Positions 37,443 through 49,485 of a stretch of 64,000 bases of DNA are shown one piece after another. Made by a program: the position numbers and the translations under genes. The notes below the pieces were generated by a model. That model was not told the origin of the DNA and searched no databases. It worked only from the letters and a program-made list of their open reading frames with translations. Every line of letters begins with the position of its first letter. The stretch's first letter is position 1. Origin of the DNA: Phoronis australis (lineage: Eukaryota; Animalia; Phoronida); NCBI GenBank assembly GCA_002633005.1, contig NMRA01000018.1, forward strand, positions 1,127,531-1,191,530, read 5' to 3'.

Positions 37443-38944
37443 TATTATCAGACTTCCAATAATCATTACTGGTGTCATAAGAGGTTCGAATAAAACCAAC
37501 ATACAATAATTTTAACTGCATCAAACTGTGCGCAAAAATACATTCAGTTATTGTTTACACGTACGAAGTTCTGAACATAGTAAATTACTAATCCAATAAA
37601 ACCTTCGAAAATTGTCGAGGTTTAAACGTCATATCAAGTCTATGTTTCAGAATATCTTTAAAGTTTCGCCGTCTTACGGTCGAACCATTCGTAAATACAC
37701 AATAATATGATCAATCTCATGCATAGATCCACAGAACACCCGCCCAACACACACATGGTAAATGGCAATTCTGTAACATCATTAAATTCCAATTTTCATC
37801 AATACGTTTGCGCAAAAATAACATTGTTCCATTGACTAGCTTCAGTCATATCAAGAAATTTGAACAGATTTAGAACAGGATTTCTTTTAAACTCTGAAAA
37901 AATCGTTCAGAAACGTTGTCGTTTCGTCTTTGCATGTCACACCGACCATTTCATCCTTGCGTATTGACTTAGACCCAGATGTCCCGTTTTTTTTTATCCT
38001 GAAGTTCCTCTATTCAATTCACTTGTTCCGTTTTTTCGTTCGTGAACGTTGACCGTGACAGCTATGCAACAGGTGTTTATATTATTTTCCAGATTCTACT
38101 TTCTTTAGTAGCATAATGGTAAAAATGCGTTCCAATGTCTCTTGTTTACGGTAACATACACCACAGGTATCAGGATTACTAACTTATACTTTCTGAATAA
38201 AAGACTTCTATGGAAAGTTCTACATTGCAACCTGTGATGATCTATCCACAGCACATACCAAAGCTACGTGAAAGATGTTTGCCCATATTTTATCTGTCTG
38301 CAAATTTCGGGTAGATACTAAGAGTAGTCTGTCGCATTCTTGGTAACTGTCATTGCATTCTGAATTTTTACAAAATAATGTTAATTTTAACAAACAGCAC
38401 CAAATGTTCATTTAACTTTAATATACAACGATGTATAAGTTTGGATGAATGATTAAGTTATCCACAGCACGTGTGAGGATTTAAAACCTTTGTCTTTATA
38501 AGGTATACATCTTTTGATTCATTGAAATTATTTTCCTAATGGCTTAACTAGTCATTATATAACCTCTCTCAGTGGTTCGTTTCCTTGTTCTGTTACTATT
38601 CCACGCTGTAATTTTTCGCATTTTGCTAACATTCTTTTTTTTTAGAATTAAAAAATATTTTTAAACCAGTCGGATGTGCGACTGATAATTACTTATGAAT
38701 TAAATTATTTATCTTTTTCTTCTGGTATAATAATCAAGAACTGACAAAGGGCTTTTTAGTCATATTGCTCTTATTCAATCTGGTTGAAACTAACGGCGGA
38801 GTTGCGAAAAATTTTAATGACAGAAAATTCCATAGCAAATTCTCAACGGAACAAACAAATGCAAACAAGTCTCACGCATGAGCGACGCAACTTCAGCGGC
38901 CCCGACGAGATCGGAGTTGGCATTCGAGGGCTAGACTTCTATGA

Positions 38945-39520
38945 CAGGGATACGACAGAATCATACGCAGGAGCGTCGTCTTACGCACGAACCACCTACG
39001 AACCTAAGAATCATGGCATGGCGAACTCAAAAATCAAGCATACAAAAAAATCACGCGCATGCATGCGCGCACCGGGAAGCTCGGGGGGGCTCGAAGTGAG
39101 CAAAAATGCCCGACTCCGGCAGAGTAACAAAAACTCCGAGAAAACGAGGCAAAAGTCCACTAAAAAGACGCAGACGCACAGTTTACAGTTTTGAAGGTAG
39201 CACCCCGTTTTTTTATATTTTTTTAGTCCTGCCGATATTTTGTCAGCAAAAGGTCCACATCGACAGAAATTCGAGCCCCCTAATATTGAAGGCTGGGTGC
39301 GCGCATGGCATGACCCACAAAAATCACACATACGAACACAAATCATACTCGTGTGTATGATTTTATGTTCGGATGATTTTTGTGGTATGTCAGTTCGCAT
39401 AATTTCTGTTCGCATGCGTGATTTTTGGGTTCCTATGCATGATTCGCGGGTTTGTATGCACGATTCATAGGTGGTTCATGCATATAAGATGCGATGCTCG
39501 TTCGTGTGATGGTAACCCTG
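38945..39520. mobile_element. MITE with long imperfect TIRs (caggg...ccctg), hAT-like
   Basis: Left cagggatac...gcacgaaccacctacgaa pairs with right ttcataggtggttcatgc...gtaaccctg. The interior gagcccc..atattgaaggctgggtg also occurs near 4760. Confidence 0.6.
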
Positions 39521-39550
39521 TATTATAATGTAGATCAATACATGGCTGCC

Positions 39551-39671
39551 GAAGTCGTTATCCCCCGTGATCTAGAGCCCGAGTGGATTTTGGAGATTAA
39601 TCGCAAATGCCTCTTGGGCTATAATTCTCCAAAACCCACTCGGGCTCTCGATTACGGGGCATAACGATTTC
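39551..39671. repeat. Palindrome/hairpin with about 46-bp arms
   Basis: gaagtcgttatcccccgtgatctagagcccgagtggattttggaga versus tctccaaaacccactcgggctctcgattacggggcataacgatttc. Confidence 0.9.
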
Positions 39672-42600
39672 GCCATATAATAATCTATTTTTATCTCATT
39701 GGTTGATATTCCAGTGCTCGGGTTCTGCGCCGATGTTATGTGGAATCGACTATAAGTATAATCTATGGTGGAATATACCGGCTGACGACGCTTGCAGCAA
39801 CATTACACAAGTTGTGACATAATAAAAAATCAGGAAACCAAATGAACAAAAACAACAATCATAAGTTAAGTTTTGATTGATCGCTAAATAGGTGACTCCA
39901 ACGAGCTACTCATTGGATGACTCATACAGGCAAGCTACAGTCCCGCCCAGAGTAGAGGGGCCATTTTGCAAGCAGCCGGTTTCGTGGTTGTTTTGTTGGT
40001 CATGGGGGGCTGTAGCCCTCCCATTTTTTTCAATGCTACGCCACACATGGTCTATAGGCGGTGCAAACTGGCAAACTATTGTTTATAAACTCGATCAAAG
40101 TTTTTCACTAAAGCAGACCTCCTTTCGCTCTTCCCACATAGCGGAGGTTTAGAGGTGTCGTCAGCAGAGGCCCAGGAAATTACATCTAGTTGACCCTCAT
40201 TCTTGACCCCGTTTTGTGACAGTTTTGTAACCCTTGACTTTTGACATCATTTCCGCTATCATTTTGTATTGGGCATGTTTGAATGCTGGCGTGTGATGAA
40301 GACTATGAGTTTCTTTGTTTAGGCTATTTCCAACGTTTCACGAGATTCATATTGTTTGTTTGTGGCAGCTGAAGACGTATAGACCTATCTATGTAACACG
40401 TGGTGAGTTTATTCAATGAATACGGAGGAGATTATCAAGGATAGTTCGTAAGCATTTCTTGAGATTTAACCTCTACAGTGGCTTGGTTCGGCACGTGGGC
40501 GCTGCTCAGAATTTCACTTGTGACCTGCTGAGAATTTCAAGATTCAGATTGAGCAAATCTGTTGCCCACCACAGTCTGTTGTCATATTGATAACGATCCC
40601 GGTCCGCACCTCAGCCCCCTATGGTGCGCCGTGCATGAGTGTAATCCTGTAACTCGGTCACCAACCTCGGTCACCGTGTTATAAACAGTTGATGATCCAA
40701 ACATATAGTGTAGCTTGGCTAGGGTTTGCGATTTCCTTTCAAATGTATTTTGAGATACACCCTTTGTTGGCCTAGGTGTACTTTTGGTATGGTTAACAAA
40801 CAACAGTTTAGTTTGATTGTACGAGGTTGTCGTTTTGTTTTAGGGACGTTTGTAGGCCTACTCTGTCTTGTGTTTATTTGGCTAGCGTTCCTTCCAGCTG
40901 TCAACTCTTTGTAACGCCTGCATTTCACCGGCATTCATAACTTGCACGTCATTTAGATCCAAATAGAGTTACTGGAGGAAATGGTGACCTATTCTTGCAA
41001 TGTCCAGTTCTTTTTGATTTGTATTAGTACTGAGAAAATTCTTGTTCCTATTGACGATATCTTACCGCATTTAGTAATATCTTTCTGACGTTATATTGTT
41101 AGTCTTACTCCGTGAACCAACCCTTTGTTTTATAGAACTAATGCTGGTGTTCTTTGGTCTTAATAAAATGCCTTTTTTATTCAGTTCCATAATACAGCAA
41201 CTGCCACACCTTTGTTCTGGTACGAATTGAATTTTGACATACTTCGTTAGTTTGGCAACTGAAAATGCTTTATAACTGTTCGGTTTTTTACTCTTCTAAT
41301 TGCATGTCATATATTGGCTGAGAACCGATCTAACACTGCATTGCCTGTCAAACATTTGTTCAGTGAAAAGAGTACTATAGTAGGTCCCGTTTGGGTATTT
41401 TCCTCCGAAAAATGACGCAATGTCTACTGGACAAGTGAAATACTTGCATTTTCGCTCAAGCTTAGCTCGTAGTCTTGTGTTAATTTATAAACATCTGTCA
41501 GGATTTCCATGATATATTTTTACTTGATAAGTGTTATTTTATTATGATTATAGTATTGTTGCTTTATTAACGTGTTTTTTGTCTTCATGTTATCTTGTTT
41601 TGGCTTTCAGTTGAGTCAGTGGTCCTTCGAGTGCACCCACATATGTTTTGACAAACTCTGTAAACTAAATTAGGTAATCATCATTCGAAGAATAGTAGCC
41701 TGAACCTACTGACCTGGTTTAGCTCATTGAACAGACACAATAGTTCCTTTGGCTGCTGCAAAATAGTTGTAGAACTTTAACTGTTATTTCTTGTAGGACT
41801 GTGTTAACTGTTATATCCTGTAGAGTTTTGAATCATGAACATAAGTGCAGGCAGCCTACACATCTGTAACTTGGATATATACCCTACAATGTGTAACGGC
41901 AATCTTCACCTTGCTACTTCCAGTTCCTAGAATAATTCGTAGTTCTACACTTAGTTATTGATTTCAACCATGTCCTTGACGATCAAGAGATCCCTTCAGA
42001 CACAACTCTGCTATTCCTACGAAGGATTCCTACAGGCGTTACATTTGACTCTTTCTACATTATACAACATTCAACAGGCAGGCACTGTCTCTGATTAGAC
42101 TTGCACTTGTTGGTTGCTGTGCCGTTTCGGTTTTTCTCTGTGATTTACATCATGCGGTTTCCCGAGGCCATATCATTTGCACGAATTACCATTGATGCCT
42201 ACTGCTACGGGTTACACGATTTCTTTTGTCCTATACACCGTCTGTACCTTGTTGGTATTTAGCCTTCAAAGTAATTGTTATGTTTAGTGCAGTCTGTAAA
42301 GTGAAAGACGATGTCATTTAAAATTTTTGTGATGTTGTTGTGAACTCGGCCAAAATGCCAGTTTAGTTGTAGACCTAGAAATGTGTAAAAATCACAATGC
42401 CATTATAAAACCTTATCTTTGCACAAGTTAGAAATACAAAAAGATTATGGCAATAGCGAAATAATAGTCACCAAGTACGGTACTGGCGTTGTCTGGGGCA
42501 GTTTTCTGTTGGTTCTCGTATGTTCAGGCATTATTGCGTTGGTCTAGGTTTTGAATGTTCGGCTTCACCACCCTAACCCCCATTATGTGGAAGAGAACCC

Positions 42601-43228
42601 CAGGATTGTAGCTGGGTCATACGGAGAAATTTTGTCATTTTCTTCTGGCGAGCTGTGCGGATGTCGTCGCTGCTTATAATAGTGTTGATGTGTATTTTTC
42701 CTACAACGTCCCTACTCCTGAGATCGTCACCAAGTTTCTCCCTTGGCCCTGCAAGCAGTAAGGCCACATACCCCCNCCCCCCCCCCCCTTCACCCGCTTC
42801 TTACCGGTCGTTGATGTGCATATGTTGTAGTTCGGTCATCCGATCCTTGGCTCGTCGGAAGCGTTCAGATTTTCAGCAGATTTGTAAACGTTTTCATTAA
42901 TTCCAAAAAACTGCGATTACTTGGATTGCACCAATATAAATTAGGTGACTTTCTCTTCCCAAGTCATTAAGATTTCTTTTCAATAAAATCGTTGTCAAGG
43001 TGACTCGAACTAAAGACGTGACCGTAATCTCCTCCATTGTTGCGGATTGTGTAGACAACAAAACGTTATAAAATGAAATGTCGCACATGAGAGCGTGGCG
43101 CGTAAGTTATTGTCGTGAAGCAGTCGAGTGTTAGAATGTTTGTCATGTAATTCATGATAGCATTACAGGCTAGCTAATGGCACATGAGGGAACTATATGA
43201 AAGTTTCATCGCTCTTCGCTGATGTATT

Positions 43229-43512
43229 CAGGAGCGGATCCAGGATTTTGAGTTGGGGGGGCAGGGCACAGGAATAACCACAATTTTGCCTCATGCGCGC
43301 CCAGCCTAAAATATAGGGATGCAGGGGTCTCGAATTTTTTGCCTTATTACTAAAAAACGATAAACGGGGTTTGTTCATGTCCTATGCATTGTGCATTCGC
43401 CTCCCGAGCGCCCTGGGTGCGCGCATATGCTAGTCACCAATTCGCACCCCGAACTGCCAAATGGTATTTGGAAGAATTTTGGCTCCCTTGCCCCCTCCTA
43501 AATCTGCCACTG
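43229..43512. mobile_element. hAT-like MITE related to 37088-37442
   Basis: caggagcggatccagg ... ctaaatctgccactg; degenerate 8-bp flanks gatgtatt / gcaatatt. Confidence 0.55.
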
Positions 43513-43956
43513 GCAATATTCGAAGGGAAGTGCACTAATAAATTCAATGTATCGGTTGGCGTTGGCCCTCGGACTATCGGTTTTTGGTCCGAGGTTGGCC
43601 AAAGCAGAGAAACTTCCGTAATCAACTTCGTACTGGTGGTGTTATTCAACACTGACTCGCCTATGAGCCGAGGTTGTACATGGTGATCCGGTGTCGCCAT
43701 ATCCATTTATTTTGTGTGCGGCGGTCATGTCTTTCATGTTTAGTACTCACAGAAAATATTAAAAGAAAATATTAAAAGTGTCAAAATTTGCAACAAATTT
43801 TGCTATATACTGACGACGCTGTGCCCAGTTTGGACGGTTTAAATGAGTCTTTGAAAAAATCTCTTTGTCTTGTTGACAAATTTCATAAATTCCGAGACCG
43901 AGCCAAATATGGGAAAGACGCATTGTCCATGGAATGGCGCAAAAAGTTCAGTAATT

Positions 43957-44045
43957 CAAGGTCAAGGTCATACACGTAACCGGAAATTGTCGGTAAACCG
44001 GAAGGAAGTGAAAACGAGGTCATAATCGAATCGGAAGTCACGCGA
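43957..44045. promoter_or_regulatory. Cluster of ETS-like (ccggaa/cggaagt) and nuclear-receptor half sites (tcaaggtca)
   Basis: tcaaggtcaaggtca, accggaaat, accggaaggaagtg, tcggaagtc within 90 bp; function inferred only. Confidence 0.35.
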
Positions 44046-44217
44046 CTGCTGACATCATCACAGCACTGTCCACTACGCGGAATTTTTGACACTAAAAAGA
44101 TTTTTCGAGTACTTCCATTCAAATGGGGTTGTAGAGTTCAACTGACTTAGAGTGGAACAAACTATGGATTCCGTTATTTTGCATACTCCAGCGACACGTG
44201 TCTTGGTCATTGTATTC

Positions 44218-44299
44218 TCCCTCTCTCCCCGCCCCCGCCNTCTCTTTCTCTCCCCCTCCCCCGCTCCCTCTCTTTCTCCCTCTCTCTTTCTCTCTCTCT
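44218..44299. repeat. CT-rich polypyrimidine microsatellite
   Basis: Direct reading. Confidence 0.9.
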
Positions 44300-45827
44300 A
44301 TCCCAGCTCAGTTTATTAGCGTGCTGGATTACATCACCGGTACTTACGTAAGTTACATGATAAAAGACTAGGCAGACATATGCCTTACTTTATGCTGGGT
44401 CAATTAAGTACATTTCGAACCGGGTTAGACAGTCAACTGGACATTCATATTAGGTAAATTAGTTACCGTGCGAGCACTTTGTTAGTACGCAATGTGTACA
44501 CATATCAAAGATACTATATCTACAAAATCTTTGCACATATATAAATCTACGAACGCCGGAGATATAAATAACTCGAGATTTGGTCTAATCTGCAGAATGC
44601 CAACTGCTGCGAACTGAGGCTTTGCAAGTAAGTGATCGGTGAGTTAACTAATTATATCTCTAACACAACTTTTAGAAAAATTCGTTTGCTTTACCCTTCA
44701 CGTCGGGGATTTTTAAATTTCGTTTTTGCGTTGGTGGTATCGAGTTTTTCGTTGATTTTGATCAACCATAGACTGTAGACTCAAGACCCTTTTAAATACC
44801 CGTTTTTCATTTTAATCTGTTGAGTTGAGTACACATCCTCTGAAGATGTCTCAATGTATTTACCAACACTACATCTGTATTAACTTTATTTTATTACACT
44901 TCCGGTTCTGCAAATATTTTTATTTATGTTCTGCATTAACGTGTCAGCTAACTTTTTTTATTTATTTATTTTCAATTTTGTAATCTGTGAAGGTAGTAGC
45001 ATAATTCACAATTACGGAACGTCTTGTTGGATTTCACACCATGAGGGCTGGTCAGATTACTACAATTGTTGGCGGTTGTTTTGCAAGTGGTGTATTGTAT
45101 AACCTAGGTTCCATGAGTGGCCAATCTACAAAATAAAATAAATAAAAAGCGGGCATTTAAAAAGGGTTTTGAAAATACAGTCTGAATTAGACGGTTGATC
45201 AAAACAAAGAAAAACTCGATACCACGTACAGAAAACGAAATTTAAAAAAAAATCTGTTAAGTGAAGGGAAGAAGAACAAATTTCTAACAGTTGTATTAGA
45301 GATTTCAGTCCCGTCCATACACAGTCTACCCTAGAACAACTTGCACTAGTGCGCCTACACACGCATATCCGATAACTAGCGGAAGGTGGCAGTTGTCAGT
45401 CGGTGTATGGCAATGAACAGTTGATACGAATTAGGCGTACAAAAGAAGATTCGCAGGTCCTGTTTAGAGCACCGGCGGTCATGTTGTTTCTCATCCGTGT
45501 AATAATGACTTTCGCCTTGCCCCAAGTTTGCGGAAACAGCGACTATGAGTGACGCAAGTTATCCTAGAACAAGTTACCCTACGTCGGTAAAGTGGAGAAA
45601 GTTGGGGCAAGTTGCTCTACTTCAATAGTGTTCATACACTCGCACAGCCCTCGAACCAAGCGACAACTCGTTGTAGTTGTTTTAGGGTAAAAGTCTGTGT
45701 TTGGACAGCACTATAAATAGTTTACTCTCTGATAACTTTCAAAAACCTCAGCTCGAGTTCGTATTCTGCAGATTAAGACAAATCTCGGCTTATACCGATA
45801 TCTCCGGCGTTCGGGGTTTATATGTAA

Positions 45828-45889
45828 AGAGAGAGGGAAAGAGAGAGAGAGGGAGAGGGAGAGAGGGAGAGGGAGAGAGAGAGAGAGAG
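45828..45889. repeat. GA-rich polypurine microsatellite
   Basis: Direct reading. Confidence 0.9.
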
Positions 45890-46070
45890 AATGTAATGAC
45901 GACACGTGGCCGTGGTGTACGTAAAACAAAGGAATCCATATTTTGTTCTCATTCTCTTTGAGATGAACTCTACAACCACCTTTCAAAATGTCTTTAGTGT
46001 CAGTGTTGGTCCAAATTGATTTATTACGCAATGACCTGTGGCGTCGTGCTCGTTTCTTTCGATATGCGGT

Positions 46071-46085
46071 TGACGTCACTTCCGG
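46071..46085 (-). promoter_or_regulatory. Overlapping ETS-CRE composite site (CCGGAAGTGACGTCA on minus strand), candidate proximal promoter element of the RBM12-like gene
   Basis: tgacgtcacttccgg read directly; matches the known ETS/CRE overlap motif. Confidence 0.5.
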
Positions 46086-46098
46086 GTCGACCTTTGAT

Positions 46099-46908
46099 CC
46101 TGGCGTGCGTTCAGTAGACGCTAGGACTAGGAGGCACAGAACAGTTCTCACTGGGTTTTGCCTAGCAAAACACACATCACTTGATTTGTAACCTTTTCTT
46201 CACTCTGTCAAAAACAGGATGCAAAGAATGGCATGTTTTCAATTATTTCACATAAAAAGCCCAGCAGATGAGCACAGAAACTTTATTCTTTCTTGTATTT
46301 TTGACCATTTCATTCCCACTGACAACCAAGCTAGACTAAGAAAAATAAGGGCAAAAAAATGCAAAATCGGCACTTTTCACCCGAAAAACACCACTTCCCT
46401 GCCGATGCACGACTAAAACCAAACTTAGAGTCTGAAAGCAAATTTCCTACCGATTCAGAAAATGTGGTCCAAAAGTACTGTCAACCAACTAGTTTTTTTG
46501 CAATTCTTGCTTGTTTGAGGGCTACCTAAAATCACAGCCAATTTCTCGGTCGCTACCCAACAATGCACAATTGCAGCCGGGGGCCGCCATCTTGAAGAAG
46601 AGTGCAGCTACAGCCAAGAAAGTGGCCTTTTTTTATTCACAGCATGTTCACAAATACAAACAAACCACATTCACTGAGCCTACGTGCAATGCCCACCTAC
46701 AAAATGCCCCCAAACTTGGCCTACCCCAAAATTTCTATATTTTGGGAGTGCAAATTGGCCGCGGCCGCAGCCTAACTATTCAGTGCCACCCTAGCTAAAA
46801 CCTAGTCAAAGTCACGTGTTCTCATTTAAAATACACGACCATATCTCACGTAATCTCGCGAAGTCTTGCTTTTTAGCGAGGTCCTAGCGTTACTGAACGG
46901 GAGGCAGG
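46099..46908 (+). mobile_element. Unclassified MITE, about 810 bp, imperfect TIRs
   Basis: cctggcgtgcgttcagtagacgctaggac ... gtcctagcgttactgaacgggaggcagg; second, deleted copy at 20683-20840. Confidence 0.8.
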
Positions 46909-47699
46909 TTTCTCTCAAACACGCCACCAAAACCACTGCCTATATACTGCTGTCATATTGTACTCGAGCATTGAACAAACGACACTAAAGTAAAACGGAA
47001 AATTTTCTATCTCGATTAGACCGCGGGCCCTGAACCAATGTTTGTAACCCTTCATTTCCTTTGATTTGCCTTATCCGTAAAGAATGTTGCGGCTGATATT
47101 TTGTTAGTCGCGGCTGCCCTGTCGCCTTTTTATTCGTCCTGGTTCATCTTACGCACAGTGCACTGTAGTCGTAAAATTTTCATATTAATGTTAAGTGTTT
47201 CATTCTAGGTGGGCGTGCACTCTAATTAAAAGGAAAGAGTAAATAAATGAATATATAAATTTCTTCGTTATTTGGACACGCCGAATCATCTGCGTCCATG
47301 GTCTAATCTTTGCGCTCGAAGTCGATCTCAGAAAGTATTTTTTAACAATTTCTGTTCTGTTTTTGTGCGAACTCAATATATGTGTCTTTTCTGTCGTAGA
47401 GTACGTTTTGGTTCAGTTAGGCGACTGTCTGTTCTAAGTTTGTACCACTAGATTCAAGCTACAAACTAGAGTAAAACTCGAGATTGTGAATAAAATCAGA
47501 AGTTCGAGTTCAGATACGAACCACCATGCATTTTCTTAGATTTTGAGGTTTCAGTTAACTAATATGAAATGAATACCATGAAGTGTAACGAAGTAAGCAC
47601 TTTGTATGCCAAATAGTGGCGAATTTGTTTTAAATTTTGAAGAAAAATCAGTTATTTCCAAGATTCCCAGCAGATGATGTTATGGGTGGAAGATGTTTG

Positions 47700-48420
47700 G
47701 TCACTTGACAAACAATTGCAATGGCGGAACACAGCAGATCAGAAGACGAGGACGAGTTTGAGCGAGATCTGGACAATTATTATGCAGACAGAGAGGAGAG
47801 TGGATACGGGCATCACACTCAAGTACTTGAAGAATGAGACAATGAATTTGATTTATCATTTAGCGAACTTTGCGACTTTGAGGCGGTATGAACTCGACCC
47901 ATTTGCATAACAAATGCTGCAGACGTATGTGAGCCACAACCAACTGAACCAAGGAGTGCACAAAATAGACACTTAATAATCAATGACATAGGCCACACGA
48001 AACCTTGGTCACTCCTCACTATACTGCCATGATGGAATGTGCATGGTCTAAACACAACGTATTAGCCTACGTGTCGTAGCACTCCATCTGGGCAGGGGTC
48101 GAGAGCTTGGCATCACTCGCCCTAAAATGGAAGCAGTTCGTTCGTTATTTATAAAACTTGAAAATACACTTATAAGTTGGCGATTCCTTCATCGTAACGC
48201 TTCTTTTGTGTTTGATCGAAACATTATTTCTTGAAATATGCCGAGCAAATTGTAGCTCGATACCGACTGAATCGCATGTTCCACACAGATGTCCCACACT
48301 CGTGCGGCGCACAAACCGATGCCATTTCTGTGCCTCTTTCACGTATTTAAGAAATTTGAACACAGAGACGTTCTCGGTCAAATTGCTGTTACTACAGCCT
48401 CACAAACGCTCCTTTTCATG
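47700..48420. mobile_element. Decayed THAP-bearing DNA transposon remnant (possibly Kolobok)
   Basis: Minus strand 48420 downward: MKR..(frameshift)GCSNSNLTENVSVFKFLK...KWHRFVRRT..HLC, a THAP N-terminus. Plus strand from about 47720 has a broken acidic ORF start. Termini not found. Confidence 0.45.
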
Positions 48421-49485
48421 TCTGAAAAAAAGCGGTTCTCCGCGGACTTTCCTTTCAACTCCTCAATGTCGCACTTGTAAAAACAACAACGGTAGAGACG
48501 GTCTTCCACCCATTACGTAAAATATGTATACATATTTTTTTTAATTTTCGTCGTGTTTCTTGGCAACAGGTATATTACAGGTCATTAAACCTCTTAAACT
48601 GTATTAATAAAGTTCTTTTTGAGACACAGGGTCATGGTGGGAACTCTTTAATGCTGGGGTCATCAAATGCCAACTAGGTGTGGACAATCGTCCACATAAG
48701 CCATATTGTACTCTAGCAGAGAAGACTCCTATCTTGAGTACGCAAAAAATACAACGGAAAATGTAAAAAATATAGGGTTCGATTTCGAGTGCAAAGATTA
48801 CACCCGGACATAATATCTTAACAGAAATAGGATTCGTGCATTTCGTATGTTTTGGCGATTTAATTAGCTAATGTTTTGTTTTTAGATAGGTCATAAGTTC
48901 ACCGCCTACAAACGACCACTTTCAGGGAGCCAGTGTTCATCACAACAGCGTTCTTTTTGTTTTCTTTCCGACGACAGTCCTATTATCGTGAACATGTCTT
49001 TCCTCAGAGACCCCAAGTGTGCGCGTTATCCTGACATAATACCCTGTACTTGGCTTACAATACCTATTATCAAGCACTTGTAACTCGTGCCTGAAAGAAT
49101 TGTGCTTCTTGGAAATGATTTTGCTCGAAAGATCAAAAAAGAAGTACAGCTCGCGAGAAAAGAGTGCCATTCACGAGAAAAGACATTTTCACGAGTACCC
49201 CTGGCGGTCCGTGATTATGTAATCCGAATTTGATGGTGAATAACTGGCTCATAATTGATGTCCTTGTATCTCTAGTCTTTTTCTGTACCGGCGGATCTGG
49301 CATGTCGCGAAGTTCGAGGCAACTGTAATTTGCGAAGGAAAATATTCGTGGAAGCCCTAGAAACAGTCGCCTGCCTGCCAAACCCGCAATTGTTCTCTCT
49401 TCTCATTTTACCACTTCATCTATAAGCTAGTTTCTTCCTAACAAGACATTTCGTATGGTTTCGTTTCAGGTCATAGAGTGATACA

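Noticed and set aside
41967-42040. Peptide HVLDDQEIPSDTTLLFLRRIPTG faintly resembling the end of the RBBP6 DWNN domain
   Set aside because: Short, no start or splice context in that frame, and the rest of the domain is absent.
44218-45889. CT tract and GA tract as a paired long-range structure
   Set aside because: Common microsatellites; complementarity is trivial and there is no other evidence.
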